Assembly (NCBI GenBank): GCA_046757665.1
Contig: JBHHYO010000007.1
Coordinates: 1,173 to 65,172, forward strand
DNA: 64,000 nt
DNA from: Nitrospinales bacterium
GTDB taxonomy: Bacteria; Nitrospinota; Nitrospinia; Nitrospinales; JAJDAT01
Reading direction: 5' to 3'
The translations under genes and the position numbers were made by a program. Below are positions 38,514 to 47,127 of this stretch, in pieces. Below the pieces are notes generated by a model, which was not told where the DNA came from, did not search any database, and was given only the letters and a program-made list of their open reading frames with translations. Position 1 is the first letter of the stretch. Each line of letters begins with the position of its first letter.

Positions 38514-39194
38514 ATGCCTCCGAAAGTTTCCGTTATTATTCCCGCTTATAATGAGGAAAAGTCGCTTCCGCTGGTTTTGCGCGACTTGCCTTCGGTTTAC
38601 GAGGTGATTGTCGTTGACAACGCTTCCAGCGACGGCACGGCCCGCGTGGCCCGGGAAAACGGGGCGAAAGTGGCGCGGGAAAACAGGCGGGGATATGGAA
38701 GCGCCTGCTTGAAAGGCATCGGCGAACTGGGTCATCCGGATATCGTGGTTTTTCTTGATGCGGATTACAGCGATTACCCGGAAGAGCTGACGCAACTGGT
38801 CGCGCCTATTGCCGCCGACGAGGCGGATTTTGTCGTGGGTAGCCGCATGATTCTGCATGAAAGCCGGCAGGCCCTGTTGCCGCAGGCCCGGTACGGCAAC
38901 CGGTTGGCCGTCTTTCTGGTGCGGTTGTTTTTTGGCGGATATTCTTTCACCGACCTGGGGCCGTTCCGCGCCATCCGCTATGAGTCGCTGAAGGCTATCG
39001 GCATGAGGGATACGAATTTTGGCTGGACCGTGGAGATGCAAATCAAGGCGGTGCGGCATGGTTTGCGCATCCGCGAGGTTCCCGTCCGTTATCGCAAAAG
39101 GGTGGGGGTTTCAAAAATCACCGGCACCGTTTCCGGCACCGTGAAAGCCGGGATTAAAATTATCTACACAATTTTTAAATATTTGTTAACGTGA
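38514..39194 (+). CDS. Family 2 glycosyltransferase (polyprenyl-phosphate sugar transferase-like)
   Basis: VSVIIPAYNEEKSLPLVLRDLP...VVDNASSDGTARVA...VVFLDADYSD. Confidence 0.85.
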   Translation: MPPKVSVIIPAYNEEKSLPLVLRDLPSVYEVIVVDNASSDGTARVARENGAKVARENRRGYGSACLKGIGELGHPDIVVFLDADYSDYPEELTQLVAPIAADEADFVVGSRMILHESRQALLPQARYGNRLAVFLVRLFFGGYSFTDLGPFRAIRYESLKAIGMRDTNFGWTVEMQIKAVRHGLRIREVPVRYRKRVGVSKITGTVSGTVKAGIKIIYTIFKYLLT

Positions 39195-39997
39195 AAAAGC
39201 AACCCCTTTCCCTTTTGGCTGATATGTGGTTTTTATCGAAGTTGATCCTTGTGGTTGTGGTTTTTTATCCCTGGTCCGCCGTGGCGCAGGACATGGCCGA
39301 ACTTGTGCAAAGCCGCTTGAGCCGGGACGGGCAAACCCTGGACCTGGGCGGGGCGCGCATCGGTCCGGACGGCGCCAAACAGCTGGCCAAAATGAAAGTC
39401 CTCGAAGGCGTCGTCAGCCTTTCGTTACAGGGAAACAAAATCCAGTATCCGGGAATCAAGGCGCTGGCCCGGTCGAAATATCTCGCCAATCTGAATCATC
39501 TTGATTTGTGGGGCAACGCAGTCGGCGATTTGGGTGTCAAGGCGCTTGCCGAGTCCCCGTATCTGCGCCATTTGAAAACCTTGAAGCTGTGGGCAAACGA
39601 AATCGGCGACGACGGGCTGGAACTGATGGCGCGGTCCGGCAACTTTCGGGAATTGAAAACTCTCTTGCTCAATGATAACTTTATCACCCTGGCGGGCGCC
39701 GCCGTGATTGCGGCATCGAAAAATTTTCCGCATTTGGAAACGCTGGGTCTTTTTAGAAATGAAATCGGCGATGAGGGCATCATGGCCCTTGCGCGGTCCG
39801 GAAACTTCCAGAACCTGGCCGCGCTTTACGTAGGGCAAAACGCCATTACCGACGCGGGAGCGGTGGCGATCATCCAGTCGCCGAACTTTCCCAAAATGAA
39901 ATTGCTCGACCTGACGCTCAACCCGCTGGGTGAGGCCACCTTGCGGGCGGTGTTCAAATACAATAAGGAAGGCAAAAGACAGATTGTTGTCCGCTGA
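39191..39997 (+). CDS. Secreted leucine-rich-repeat protein, ribonuclease-inhibitor (RI)-like 28-aa repeats
   Basis: Seven or more repeats of L-x-x-L-x-L-x-x-N-x-I-G-D-x-G-x-x-A-L-A-x-S. The GTG at 39191 overlaps the upstream TGA; an alternative ATG at 39224 gives the signal peptide MWFLSKLILVVVVFYPWSAVA. Confidence 0.8.
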   Translation: MKKQPLSLLADMWFLSKLILVVVVFYPWSAVAQDMAELVQSRLSRDGQTLDLGGARIGPDGAKQLAKMKVLEGVVSLSLQGNKIQYPGIKALARSKYLANLNHLDLWGNAVGDLGVKALAESPYLRHLKTLKLWANEIGDDGLELMARSGNFRELKTLLLNDNFITLAGAAVIAASKNFPHLETLGLFRNEIGDEGIMALARSGNFQNLAALYVGQNAITDAGAVAIIQSPNFPKMKLLDLTLNPLGEATLRAVFKYNKEGKRQIVVR

Positions 39998-40058
39998 CGC
40001 AGGCTTTTCAACCATTCGGGGCATTATTGCAGGCTGTGTCCTTTAGTCGAGAAACGAA

Positions 40059-41372
40059 ATGGGATCTTCAAACGTATCGCAAATAGCCGCCGCCGCTAAA
40101 ACCGCTTCCCTGGAGCTGGCGCGTCTTTCCGGCGAGGTGAGGAATGCCGCGCTGTGCGCCATGGCGTCGGCTCTGGAAGCAAACCGGGCCGAAATTCTGG
40201 AGGCGAACCGGCTGGACCTGGAATCCGCCAAACAGGAAAACCTGGCCGGCCCCCTGGTTGCCCGCCTGGCGTTGAATGAGGCAAAGGTGCAAGGCATGGC
40301 GGAGGGTATCCGAAGTGTTGCCGCGTTACCCGACCCGGTGGGCCGCCGGTTGTCGGTCATGGAAATGGACCAGGGGTTGATCTTGTATCGGGAGTCCTGC
40401 CCCATCGGCGTCATCGGGGCCATATTTGAGTCGCGTCCGGATGCCGTTCCGCAGATTGCCTCCCTGTGCCTGAAATCCGGCAACGCCGTTGTCTTGAAGG
40501 GCGGCAGTGAGGCGCGGCATTCCAACAAACTGATCGTGTCCTTGCTGACCGGGGCCGCCGGAGGCGTTGACGGCGTTCCGCAAACGGCGATTCAAATGAT
40601 CGAAACCCGGTCGGAAGTGGCGGAGATGCTGAAAGAAGATGAAACGATCAACCTGATCATTCCCCGCGGAAGCAACCGCTTTGTGCGCTACATTCAGGAC
40701 CATACCCGCATTCCCGTTTTGGGGCATTCCGAGGGTATCTGTCACGGCTATGTCGACCGGGCCGCGGAAATCGACAAGGCGTTGTCCGTCGTCCTGGACG
40801 CAAAGCTTCAGTACCCCGCCGCCTGCAACGCCATGGAGACTCTTTTGATTCACCGTGACATTGCGCCCAAAATCCTGCCGGCCCTGTTTGAGCGGTTCCA
40901 GCGGGAGCATGTGGAGCTGGTGGGCTGTCCGGCCACCTGCCGGCTGTTGCCGCAAATCAAGGCGGCTGAGGAAAGTGATTGGGACACCGAATACAATGAC
41001 CTGAAGTTGTCGGTCAAAACCGTGACCGACCTGGACGAGGCGATTCGGCATATCAACCGGCACGGCTCCGGCCATACGGACAGCATCATCACCGAGAACC
41101 GGGAGGATGCCGAACGGTTTTTGAACGAAGTGGATTCCGCCAGCGTGATGTGGAATGCCTCAACGCGCTTTGCCGACGGGTTTCGTTACGGGTTGGGGGC
41201 GGAGGTCGGCATCAGCACCAACAAGACCCACGCTCGCGGGCCGGTGGGGCTGGAAGGATTGATTATTTACAAATTCAAACTCATCGGCAACGGCCAAACC
41301 GTTGCCCAATATAGCGGCGAGAAGGCGCGCAAATTCACCCACAAACCGCTACCGGCAGAGAATCCGGATTGA
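40059..41372 (+). CDS. proA: Glutamate-5-semialdehyde dehydrogenase
   Basis: Full-length match to the ProA pattern (RLALNEAKVQGMAEGIRSVAALPDPVG, IPRGS, catalytic-region CNAMETLL). Confidence 0.93.
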   Translation: MGSSNVSQIAAAAKTASLELARLSGEVRNAALCAMASALEANRAEILEANRLDLESAKQENLAGPLVARLALNEAKVQGMAEGIRSVAALPDPVGRRLSVMEMDQGLILYRESCPIGVIGAIFESRPDAVPQIASLCLKSGNAVVLKGGSEARHSNKLIVSLLTGAAGGVDGVPQTAIQMIETRSEVAEMLKEDETINLIIPRGSNRFVRYIQDHTRIPVLGHSEGICHGYVDRAAEIDKALSVVLDAKLQYPAACNAMETLLIHRDIAPKILPALFERFQREHVELVGCPATCRLLPQIKAAEESDWDTEYNDLKLSVKTVTDLDEAIRHINRHGSGHTDSIITENREDAERFLNEVDSASVMWNASTRFADGFRYGLGAEVGISTNKTHARGPVGLEGLIIYKFKLIGNGQTVAQYSGEKARKFTHKPLPAENPD

Positions 41373-41373
41373 T

Positions 41374-42264
41374 ATGGACCGTTCATACCGAGAGCCGCCC
41401 ACGCCGGGTCCTTTCTCGGCAGACATCCTTGATCCGGGAAAAGAGGGCGCGTTGCCGCAACGGCCGCCGCTGGGCTGGAGACCCTGGCTGGTATTCTACG
41501 GCCTGCTGGCGGCCACCTTGTTCACCACGTTTCTGGCGGGCGGAATTTTGTTTGCCATAAGCCTGATCGGTATTCTGGGCGCGCACGAGTTCGGCCACTA
41601 CTGGGCCAGCAGAAAAAACCGGGTGAACGCCACACTGCCTTTTTTCATTCCCGCGCCGCCGATTTTTATCGCCGGAACGTTCGGCGCTTTCATTCAGATA
41701 AAGGACCCCATTCCCAACCGCCGCGTTCTCATGGAAATCGGCGCCGCCGGGCCCATAGCCGGATTCATTGTGGCGGTGCCGACTTTGATCGTCGGCCTGT
41801 ACCTCTCCAATGTGGCTCCCGCCGCGGATTTCTCCGGCATGACATTCGGCAGTTCGATTGTGCTGGAACTGTTTTCCAAGATCATCCTGGGTGTTGGGGT
41901 CTCGTCCACCGAGTTCAATATCGAACTGCATCCGGTGGCTTTTGCCGGATGGATCGGGTTGCTGGTCACGGCTTTTAACTTGTTGCCCATCGGCCAGTTG
42001 GACGGCGGGCATATTATTTATGCCATGTTCGGCGACAAATGCGATGTTGTGTCCAGATTATTTTTTGTTTTGTTGTTTCCCCTGGGATATTTTTGGAACG
42101 GCTGGTGGCTTTGGGCTTTGGTCATAGCTTTGTTCGGATTCAAACATGCGCCGGTGATTGACGATTCCGTTATACTGGCGAAAAATCACAGGATGATGGG
42201 GGTATTTTCCATCGTGATCTTTGTTGTTACCTTTATTCCCGTGCCCTTTGAGTTTCTCCCCTAA
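41374..42264 (+). CDS. Site-2 protease family (M50) membrane metalloprotease
   Basis: HEFGHYWASRK (HExxH) in TM context, with a downstream NLLPIGQLDGGH motif. Starts 1 nt after the proA stop. Confidence 0.85.
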   Translation: MDRSYREPPTPGPFSADILDPGKEGALPQRPPLGWRPWLVFYGLLAATLFTTFLAGGILFAISLIGILGAHEFGHYWASRKNRVNATLPFFIPAPPIFIAGTFGAFIQIKDPIPNRRVLMEIGAAGPIAGFIVAVPTLIVGLYLSNVAPAADFSGMTFGSSIVLELFSKIILGVGVSSTEFNIELHPVAFAGWIGLLVTAFNLLPIGQLDGGHIIYAMFGDKCDVVSRLFFVLLFPLGYFWNGWWLWALVIALFGFKHAPVIDDSVILAKNHRMMGVFSIVIFVVTFIPVPFEFLP

Positions 42265-42270
42265 TTTTCG

Positions 42271-42439
42271 TATAACTAATTGAAAAATAATGCTAAATGG
42301 TTAAATGTTCACGGGGAGCGCCGTCGTTTGCCCTGCTTTTTGCCGCAAAAAGTCAAAAAAATATAACTTATTGATAGGTAAGCGTTTATGCTAATGGATA
42401 AGGAATGGCGCAAAGAGGGCTATTATTATAACTAATTGA
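42271..42439. repeat. Three dispersed copies of the 13-mer TATAACT(A/T)ATTGA in an AT-rich spacer
   Basis: Copies at 42271-42283, 42362-42374 and 42427-42439. Each is followed within 6-13 nt by ATGCTAA(A)T or ATGTATAAT. Confidence 0.6.
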
Positions 42440-42500
42440 TTTTATTGTCATTATGTATAATTTTTGTGGGCAGGGCGGGGCGGCTCCGCCCAAAACTCTA

Positions 42501-42529
42501 TTGACACAAGGGTGGGCATATGCTAAATT
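42501..42529 (+). promoter_or_regulatory. Strong sigma-70 promoter with extended -10
   Basis: TTGACA (42501-06), 17-nt spacer ending in TGc, TAAATT (42524-29). Confidence 0.6.
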
Positions 42530-42543
42530 CACTTCATCCAATT

Positions 42544-42649
42544 GGGGGCACTGAACGCGAGTCCCGCTTGGGGCTGTTCCATTAAAAGAGTTTAAATTTC
42601 TTGGTTGCCATCAAGACCTCTTTTTAGGGTGTTCAGTGTCCCCTTTTGG
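42544..42649 (+). ncRNA. Candidate structured leader or small RNA closed by a 12-bp long-range stem
   Basis: GGGGCACTGAAC (42545-56) pairs with GTTCAGTG(T)CCCC (42631-43), followed by TTTTGG. Inner hairpin agtccc-gctt-ggggct. Sits just downstream of the promoter at 42501. Confidence 0.3.
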
Positions 42650-42708
42650 TATCATTTCCGATTGATCCCTCCCAAACCAAACCGGTTTGAAAGATTTTTG
42701 AAAGACTG

Positions 42709-43626
42709 GTGAGAGTTTCCCGTTTGAGAATCCAGACGCTAAAACGGTCCAAAAAAGCATTGCAAGACAACCGCAGAGCATTCCGCCGGATTCTGATGTG
42801 TCTTCTTGCGTCGATTCTCTGGAGTTTATCGGGCGTTTTTCCGCTTGCCCTTGCCGCCGGGAAAAAAGAGGTCAAACCTATTCCACCTCTGGCGGATACC
42901 TTGCAAATCGTTTTTAAGAATTTGGAATCGGTTTCGGAAAACCCGGGCCGGAACAATCTTCCTTCTCGCGTGGAAATTGAGAACCAGGTCAAACAGTTTT
43001 ATTATCAGATTCTTTTCAAAAGGGAACAACTCAAGATCGCGGAAGAGGTTAAGGGGCATTTTGAAAAGGCCCTTACCAAGGCGGAAGAAAAATACGAGGC
43101 GGGAGATGATGACGTCTCGCAGTCCAGTATCACCAAGTTGAAGCTTGGTTTGGCCGGTACGGAAAACGATATCGCCGGGTTGAAAGCCGATATGGAGTTG
43201 GCGCGGCTTTCGCTTGGGAGACTGATGGGCTGGGAAATCACCTCCGAAACCCCCATGGCGGAAAAAAAGATTCGCCCGGTGGATTTCCCCTTTGTTTTGT
43301 TCAAGGAATACCTGGAGGGACGAAATCCCGGCGGCGACCCGCAAACCGTTTCCGGGGAGAAAGAGTTTGACCTGCGGAAAGCTTTAATCCATGTGAACGA
43401 AGCCCGGGAGAAAATGAATCTGGCCGGAAAGATCAAAAAAATAACCCGCGCCCTGCTGGTCACCGAGGTGGCCAATTACGATTTTGGCATCGGCGATTCC
43501 AAGGACCTCTTCGAGGCTCTGATCATTTATACGCGGGTGCTGAAAGGTTTTTACGAAACGATTTATAATTTCAACATGGCGGTTGCCGATATGCACAAGA
43601 TAGAACAACTGCCTTCCGCTCGCTGA
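42709..43626 (+). CDS. TolC/OEP-like outer-membrane protein, unusually short (~280-305 aa)
   Basis: Signal peptide MCLLASILWSLSGVFPLALA (alternative ATG at 42796). OEP-like helical repeat pattern (QILFKREQLKIAEE...LKADMELARLSLGRLMG). Confidence 0.6.
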   Translation: MRVSRLRIQTLKRSKKALQDNRRAFRRILMCLLASILWSLSGVFPLALAAGKKEVKPIPPLADTLQIVFKNLESVSENPGRNNLPSRVEIENQVKQFYYQILFKREQLKIAEEVKGHFEKALTKAEEKYEAGDDDVSQSSITKLKLGLAGTENDIAGLKADMELARLSLGRLMGWEITSETPMAEKKIRPVDFPFVLFKEYLEGRNPGGDPQTVSGEKEFDLRKALIHVNEAREKMNLAGKIKKITRALLVTEVANYDFGIGDSKDLFEALIIYTRVLKGFYETIYNFNMAVADMHKIEQLPSAR

Positions 43627-43736
43627 AGTTCGTCCCTGCCTTGCGGCCTTTGCCCGCCAATTTTCGCTTGCCGATCATTCCCTAACCTGTTATACGAGAT
43701 GGGTTAAGACGCAAAGCGCCGCGCTCCTTCAACCAA

Positions 43737-44867
43737 ATGAAAATCCGCGTCATGGACGAACTGAAATACTGGGTTGCGCTGAATATGGTGTTGGGGGTCG
43801 GGAAAACGTTGTTCGCCCGCCTGTTGCGCCATTTCGGTTTGGTCGGCAATGTGTTTCGCGCCAGCGTCCGGGAATTGACGCAAGTGAACGGCATCGGCGA
43901 AAAAATCGCCGCGGAAATTTTAAATTTCGATCTCGAAAGAAATATAGAGCGCGAGTTTCGTTTGGCGGAAAAGCTGGACCTGCGAATCGTGACGCTGGCT
44001 TCGCCGGAATATCCGTATTTGTTGAAATTGATTTATGATCCGCCGCCGGTTTTATACTATCAGGGTAGTCCCCTGGCGAAGTATCCGGTGGCGGTTGCCG
44101 TGGTGGGCACCCGCCTGGCAACCAGTTACGGGAAACTGGTTGCCGAGAGAATCTGCGGCGATTTGGCGGCGCGGGGCATGGTCATTGTCAGCGGTATGGC
44201 GCGCGGCATTGATACGGTTTGCCATCAAAGCACCATCAAGGCGGGAGGGCAGACCATTGCCGTGCTGGGTTGCGGCCTGTCGCATACGTATCCGCCGGAA
44301 AACGGCCGTTTGAGACAGCAGATCGCGGAACATGGGACCCTCGTTTCCGAGTTTCCCATTTCCATGCGGCCGGATAAAAACAATTTCCCGGCTCGCAACC
44401 GGGTCATCAGCGGCTTGTCCCTGGGAACGCTTATCATTGAAGCCGGGGTCAAAAGTGGCGCGTTGATTACTGCACAGTTTGCGTTGGACCAGGGCAGAGA
44501 GGTTTTTGCGGTGCCGGGAAATATTTACTCCCCGAAAAGCCGGGGAGCGAATCATCTGGTAAAACTGGGAGCCAAACTGGTGGATGGCGCGGATGCGGTT
44601 GTCGAGGAACTGCCGGATTCCATTCGGGCGTTGCTGAAAGCTTCTCCCATTGTCAATGAAAAAAAGACAAACGCCGACAGCATCGGGCTGTCCGAAAAAG
44701 AACAAAACCTGATGTCTCTTCTCGCGTTGGAAGAAAAGCATATCGAAACGCTTATCGAAAACAGCCGATTGTCACCGGCGGTTGTTTCCGCTACACTAAC
44801 CCAGTTGGAATTGAGAGGCTTGATCCGGCAAAAAGAAGGAAAAATGTTTGTTTCCAATTGTCATTGA
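43737..44867 (+). CDS. dprA: DNA-processing protein DprA (Smf)
   Basis: VAVVGTRLATSYG...SGMARGIDTVCHQSTIKAGGQTIAVLGCGLSHTYPPEN. Confidence 0.9.
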   Translation: MKIRVMDELKYWVALNMVLGVGKTLFARLLRHFGLVGNVFRASVRELTQVNGIGEKIAAEILNFDLERNIEREFRLAEKLDLRIVTLASPEYPYLLKLIYDPPPVLYYQGSPLAKYPVAVAVVGTRLATSYGKLVAERICGDLAARGMVIVSGMARGIDTVCHQSTIKAGGQTIAVLGCGLSHTYPPENGRLRQQIAEHGTLVSEFPISMRPDKNNFPARNRVISGLSLGTLIIEAGVKSGALITAQFALDQGREVFAVPGNIYSPKSRGANHLVKLGAKLVDGADAVVEELPDSIRALLKASPIVNEKKTNADSIGLSEKEQNLMSLLALEEKHIETLIENSRLSPAVVSATLTQLELRGLIRQKEGKMFVSNCH

Positions 44868-44888
44868 GCGAAAATCCTTTGAGGTGTT

Positions 44889-47117
44889 ATGGCTAAATCC
44901 CTGTTGATTGTGGAGTCCCCGGCGAAAGTTCAGACGCTGAAAAAAATTGTCGGCAAAGATTTTATTATTAAAGCGTCCGTAGGCCACATCAAGGACCTGC
45001 CCAAGAAAAAGCTGGGGGTGGATGTGGACAACGATTTTGCGCCGAGTTATATCACCATCCGGGGCAAGGGAAAGGTGCTTGGAGATTTGAAGAAAGCCGC
45101 CAAGCAAGCCGATAACATCTATCTTGCTCCTGACCCGGACCGGGAGGGCGAGGCGATTGCCCATCATATCGAGGAGGAAGTGGTTAAATGCAGTAAGGGA
45201 AAAATTTATCGCGTTTCGTTCAATGAAATCACGAAAAAAGCCGTGAACTACGCCATCTCGCATCCCACTGAACTCAACGTTAATCGCGTCAATGCCCAAC
45301 AGGCGCGGCGCATTCTCGACCGGCTGGTCGGATACAAGATCAGCCCGCTTTTGTGGAAAAAGGTGCAACGGGGCCTGAGCGCCGGACGTGTCCAGTCGGT
45401 GGCTCTGCGGATCGTTTGCGACCGGGAAAAGGAAATCCAGGCTTTCAAGCCGGAAGAATATTGGAGCATCACCGCCCAACTGGAAGGGCCCGTTGCGCCT
45501 GCTTTTGAGGCCAAGCTGGCACAAGTTGACGAGGAAAAAGCCGAAATCCACAACCAGAATGAAGCGGATGCCATCCTGAAAAAAATTGAGGGCAAGGAGT
45601 TCGTTCTTAAAAAGATCACGCGCAAGGAAAGAAAGCGCAACCCGTTGCCGCCTTTCATTACCAGTACGTTGCAACAGGAAGCCTCCAGCAAACTGGGCTT
45701 TTCTCCTAAAAAAACCATGATGCTGGCGCAAAGGCTGTATGAAGGCGTGCCGCTGGGCGACAAGGGAACTGTGGGGTTAATTACTTATATGCGGACCGAT
45801 TCGACGCGCCTGTCGGATGAAGCGTTGATGCAGGTTCGGGATTATATCCCGACCCGTTATGGCGGGGAGTATCTGCCTGGCGCCGCGAATTTTTATAAAA
45901 GCAAAAAGTCCGCCCAGGAGGCGCATGAAGCCATTCGCACCACCGACGTTTCCCTGGATCCGCAATTCGTCAAGCCGTTTCTGGAGCGGGACCTGTTCCG
46001 CCTGTACGAGCTGATTTGGTCCCGTTTTGTTGCCTGCCAGATGGTGCCCGCGATTTTTGAAGCCACCCAGTTTTATATTTACTCCGAGACCTGCCTCTTT
46101 CGGGCCAATGGTTCCGTTCTCAAGTTTCCGGGTTTTTTGATCGGTTACAAGGAGAACCCGGACGACAAACTTTTGCCCTCGCTGGAAGAGGATAACATTT
46201 TAAAATTGCTGAAAATCACCCCTGAGCAACATTTTACGCAACCGCCGCCCCGGTACAGCGAAGCCGCGCTGGTCAAAACGCTTGAGGAGAAAGGGGTGGG
46301 CAGGCCCAGCACCTATGCGCCGATCATCAGCGTCATCAAGGACAGGGAATATGTGAAAAACGAGGAGAAAAAACTCGTCCCTACCGAATTGGGTGTTTTG
46401 GTGACCGATTTGCTGGTCGAAAATTTCCCCGATATCCTGACCACGGAGTTCACCGCCAACATGGAAACCAAGCTGGACCTGGTGGAGGAGGGGAAAACCG
46501 AGTGGGTGGATGCCTTGAAAGAGTTTTACGTGCCGTTCGAGAAGGACCTGAAAGAAGCGGAACAAAAAATGCGGAACGTCAAGGCCGAGGTTGAGGAAAC
46601 CGACGAGATGTGTCCGAAATGCAGTAAACCCATGGTCATCAAGCGCGGCCGGTTCGGCAAATTCATGGCTTGTACGGGGTATCCCGACTGCAAAACAACC
46701 CGGCAACTTTCCAGGGAATCCGGTGACGGCCAGCCGGCGGTTACGGAAGAAGTTGACGGCAAGTGCGACCAGTGCGATTCTCCTCTGGTCGTGAAAATGG
46801 GCCGGTTCGGCAAATTCATTGCCTGCTCCACTTATCCCGATTGCAAGTTCACCAAACCCATCAGCCTGGGCGTGGATTGTCCGGAATCGGGTTGCGGCGG
46901 GTACATTTCCCAGCGCCGCTCGAAAAAAGGCCGGACCTTTTACGGGTGTAGCAAGTATCCCGACTGCAAGTTCACCTCGTGGGACAAACCCGTGGCCGAG
47001 AGTTGTCCGGAATGCCGGGCGCCGTACCTGGTCGAAAAATGGAAAAAAGATCAGGGCAAGTCGATCATCTGCGTACGCGAAGGGTGTGGATTCAAAAGAA
47101 CCGGCGAAGCGGCTTGA
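44889..47117 (+). CDS. topA: DNA topoisomerase I
   Basis: Toprim LLIVESPAKVQTLKK, active-site region GLITYMRTDS, four C-terminal CxxC...CxxC zinc ribbons. Confidence 0.97.
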   Translation: MAKSLLIVESPAKVQTLKKIVGKDFIIKASVGHIKDLPKKKLGVDVDNDFAPSYITIRGKGKVLGDLKKAAKQADNIYLAPDPDREGEAIAHHIEEEVVKCSKGKIYRVSFNEITKKAVNYAISHPTELNVNRVNAQQARRILDRLVGYKISPLLWKKVQRGLSAGRVQSVALRIVCDREKEIQAFKPEEYWSITAQLEGPVAPAFEAKLAQVDEEKAEIHNQNEADAILKKIEGKEFVLKKITRKERKRNPLPPFITSTLQQEASSKLGFSPKKTMMLAQRLYEGVPLGDKGTVGLITYMRTDSTRLSDEALMQVRDYIPTRYGGEYLPGAANFYKSKKSAQEAHEAIRTTDVSLDPQFVKPFLERDLFRLYELIWSRFVACQMVPAIFEATQFYIYSETCLFRANGSVLKFPGFLIGYKENPDDKLLPSLEEDNILKLLKITPEQHFTQPPPRYSEAALVKTLEEKGVGRPSTYAPIISVIKDREYVKNEEKKLVPTELGVLVTDLLVENFPDILTTEFTANMETKLDLVEEGKTEWVDALKEFYVPFEKDLKEAEQKMRNVKAEVEETDEMCPKCSKPMVIKRGRFGKFMACTGYPDCKTTRQLSRESGDGQPAVTEEVDGKCDQCDSPLVVKMGRFGKFIACSTYPDCKFTKPISLGVDCPESGCGGYISQRRSKKGRTFYGCSKYPDCKFTSWDKPVAESCPECRAPYLVEKWKKDQGKSIICVREGCGFKRTGEAA

Positions 47118-47127
47118 GCGGGTTTTT

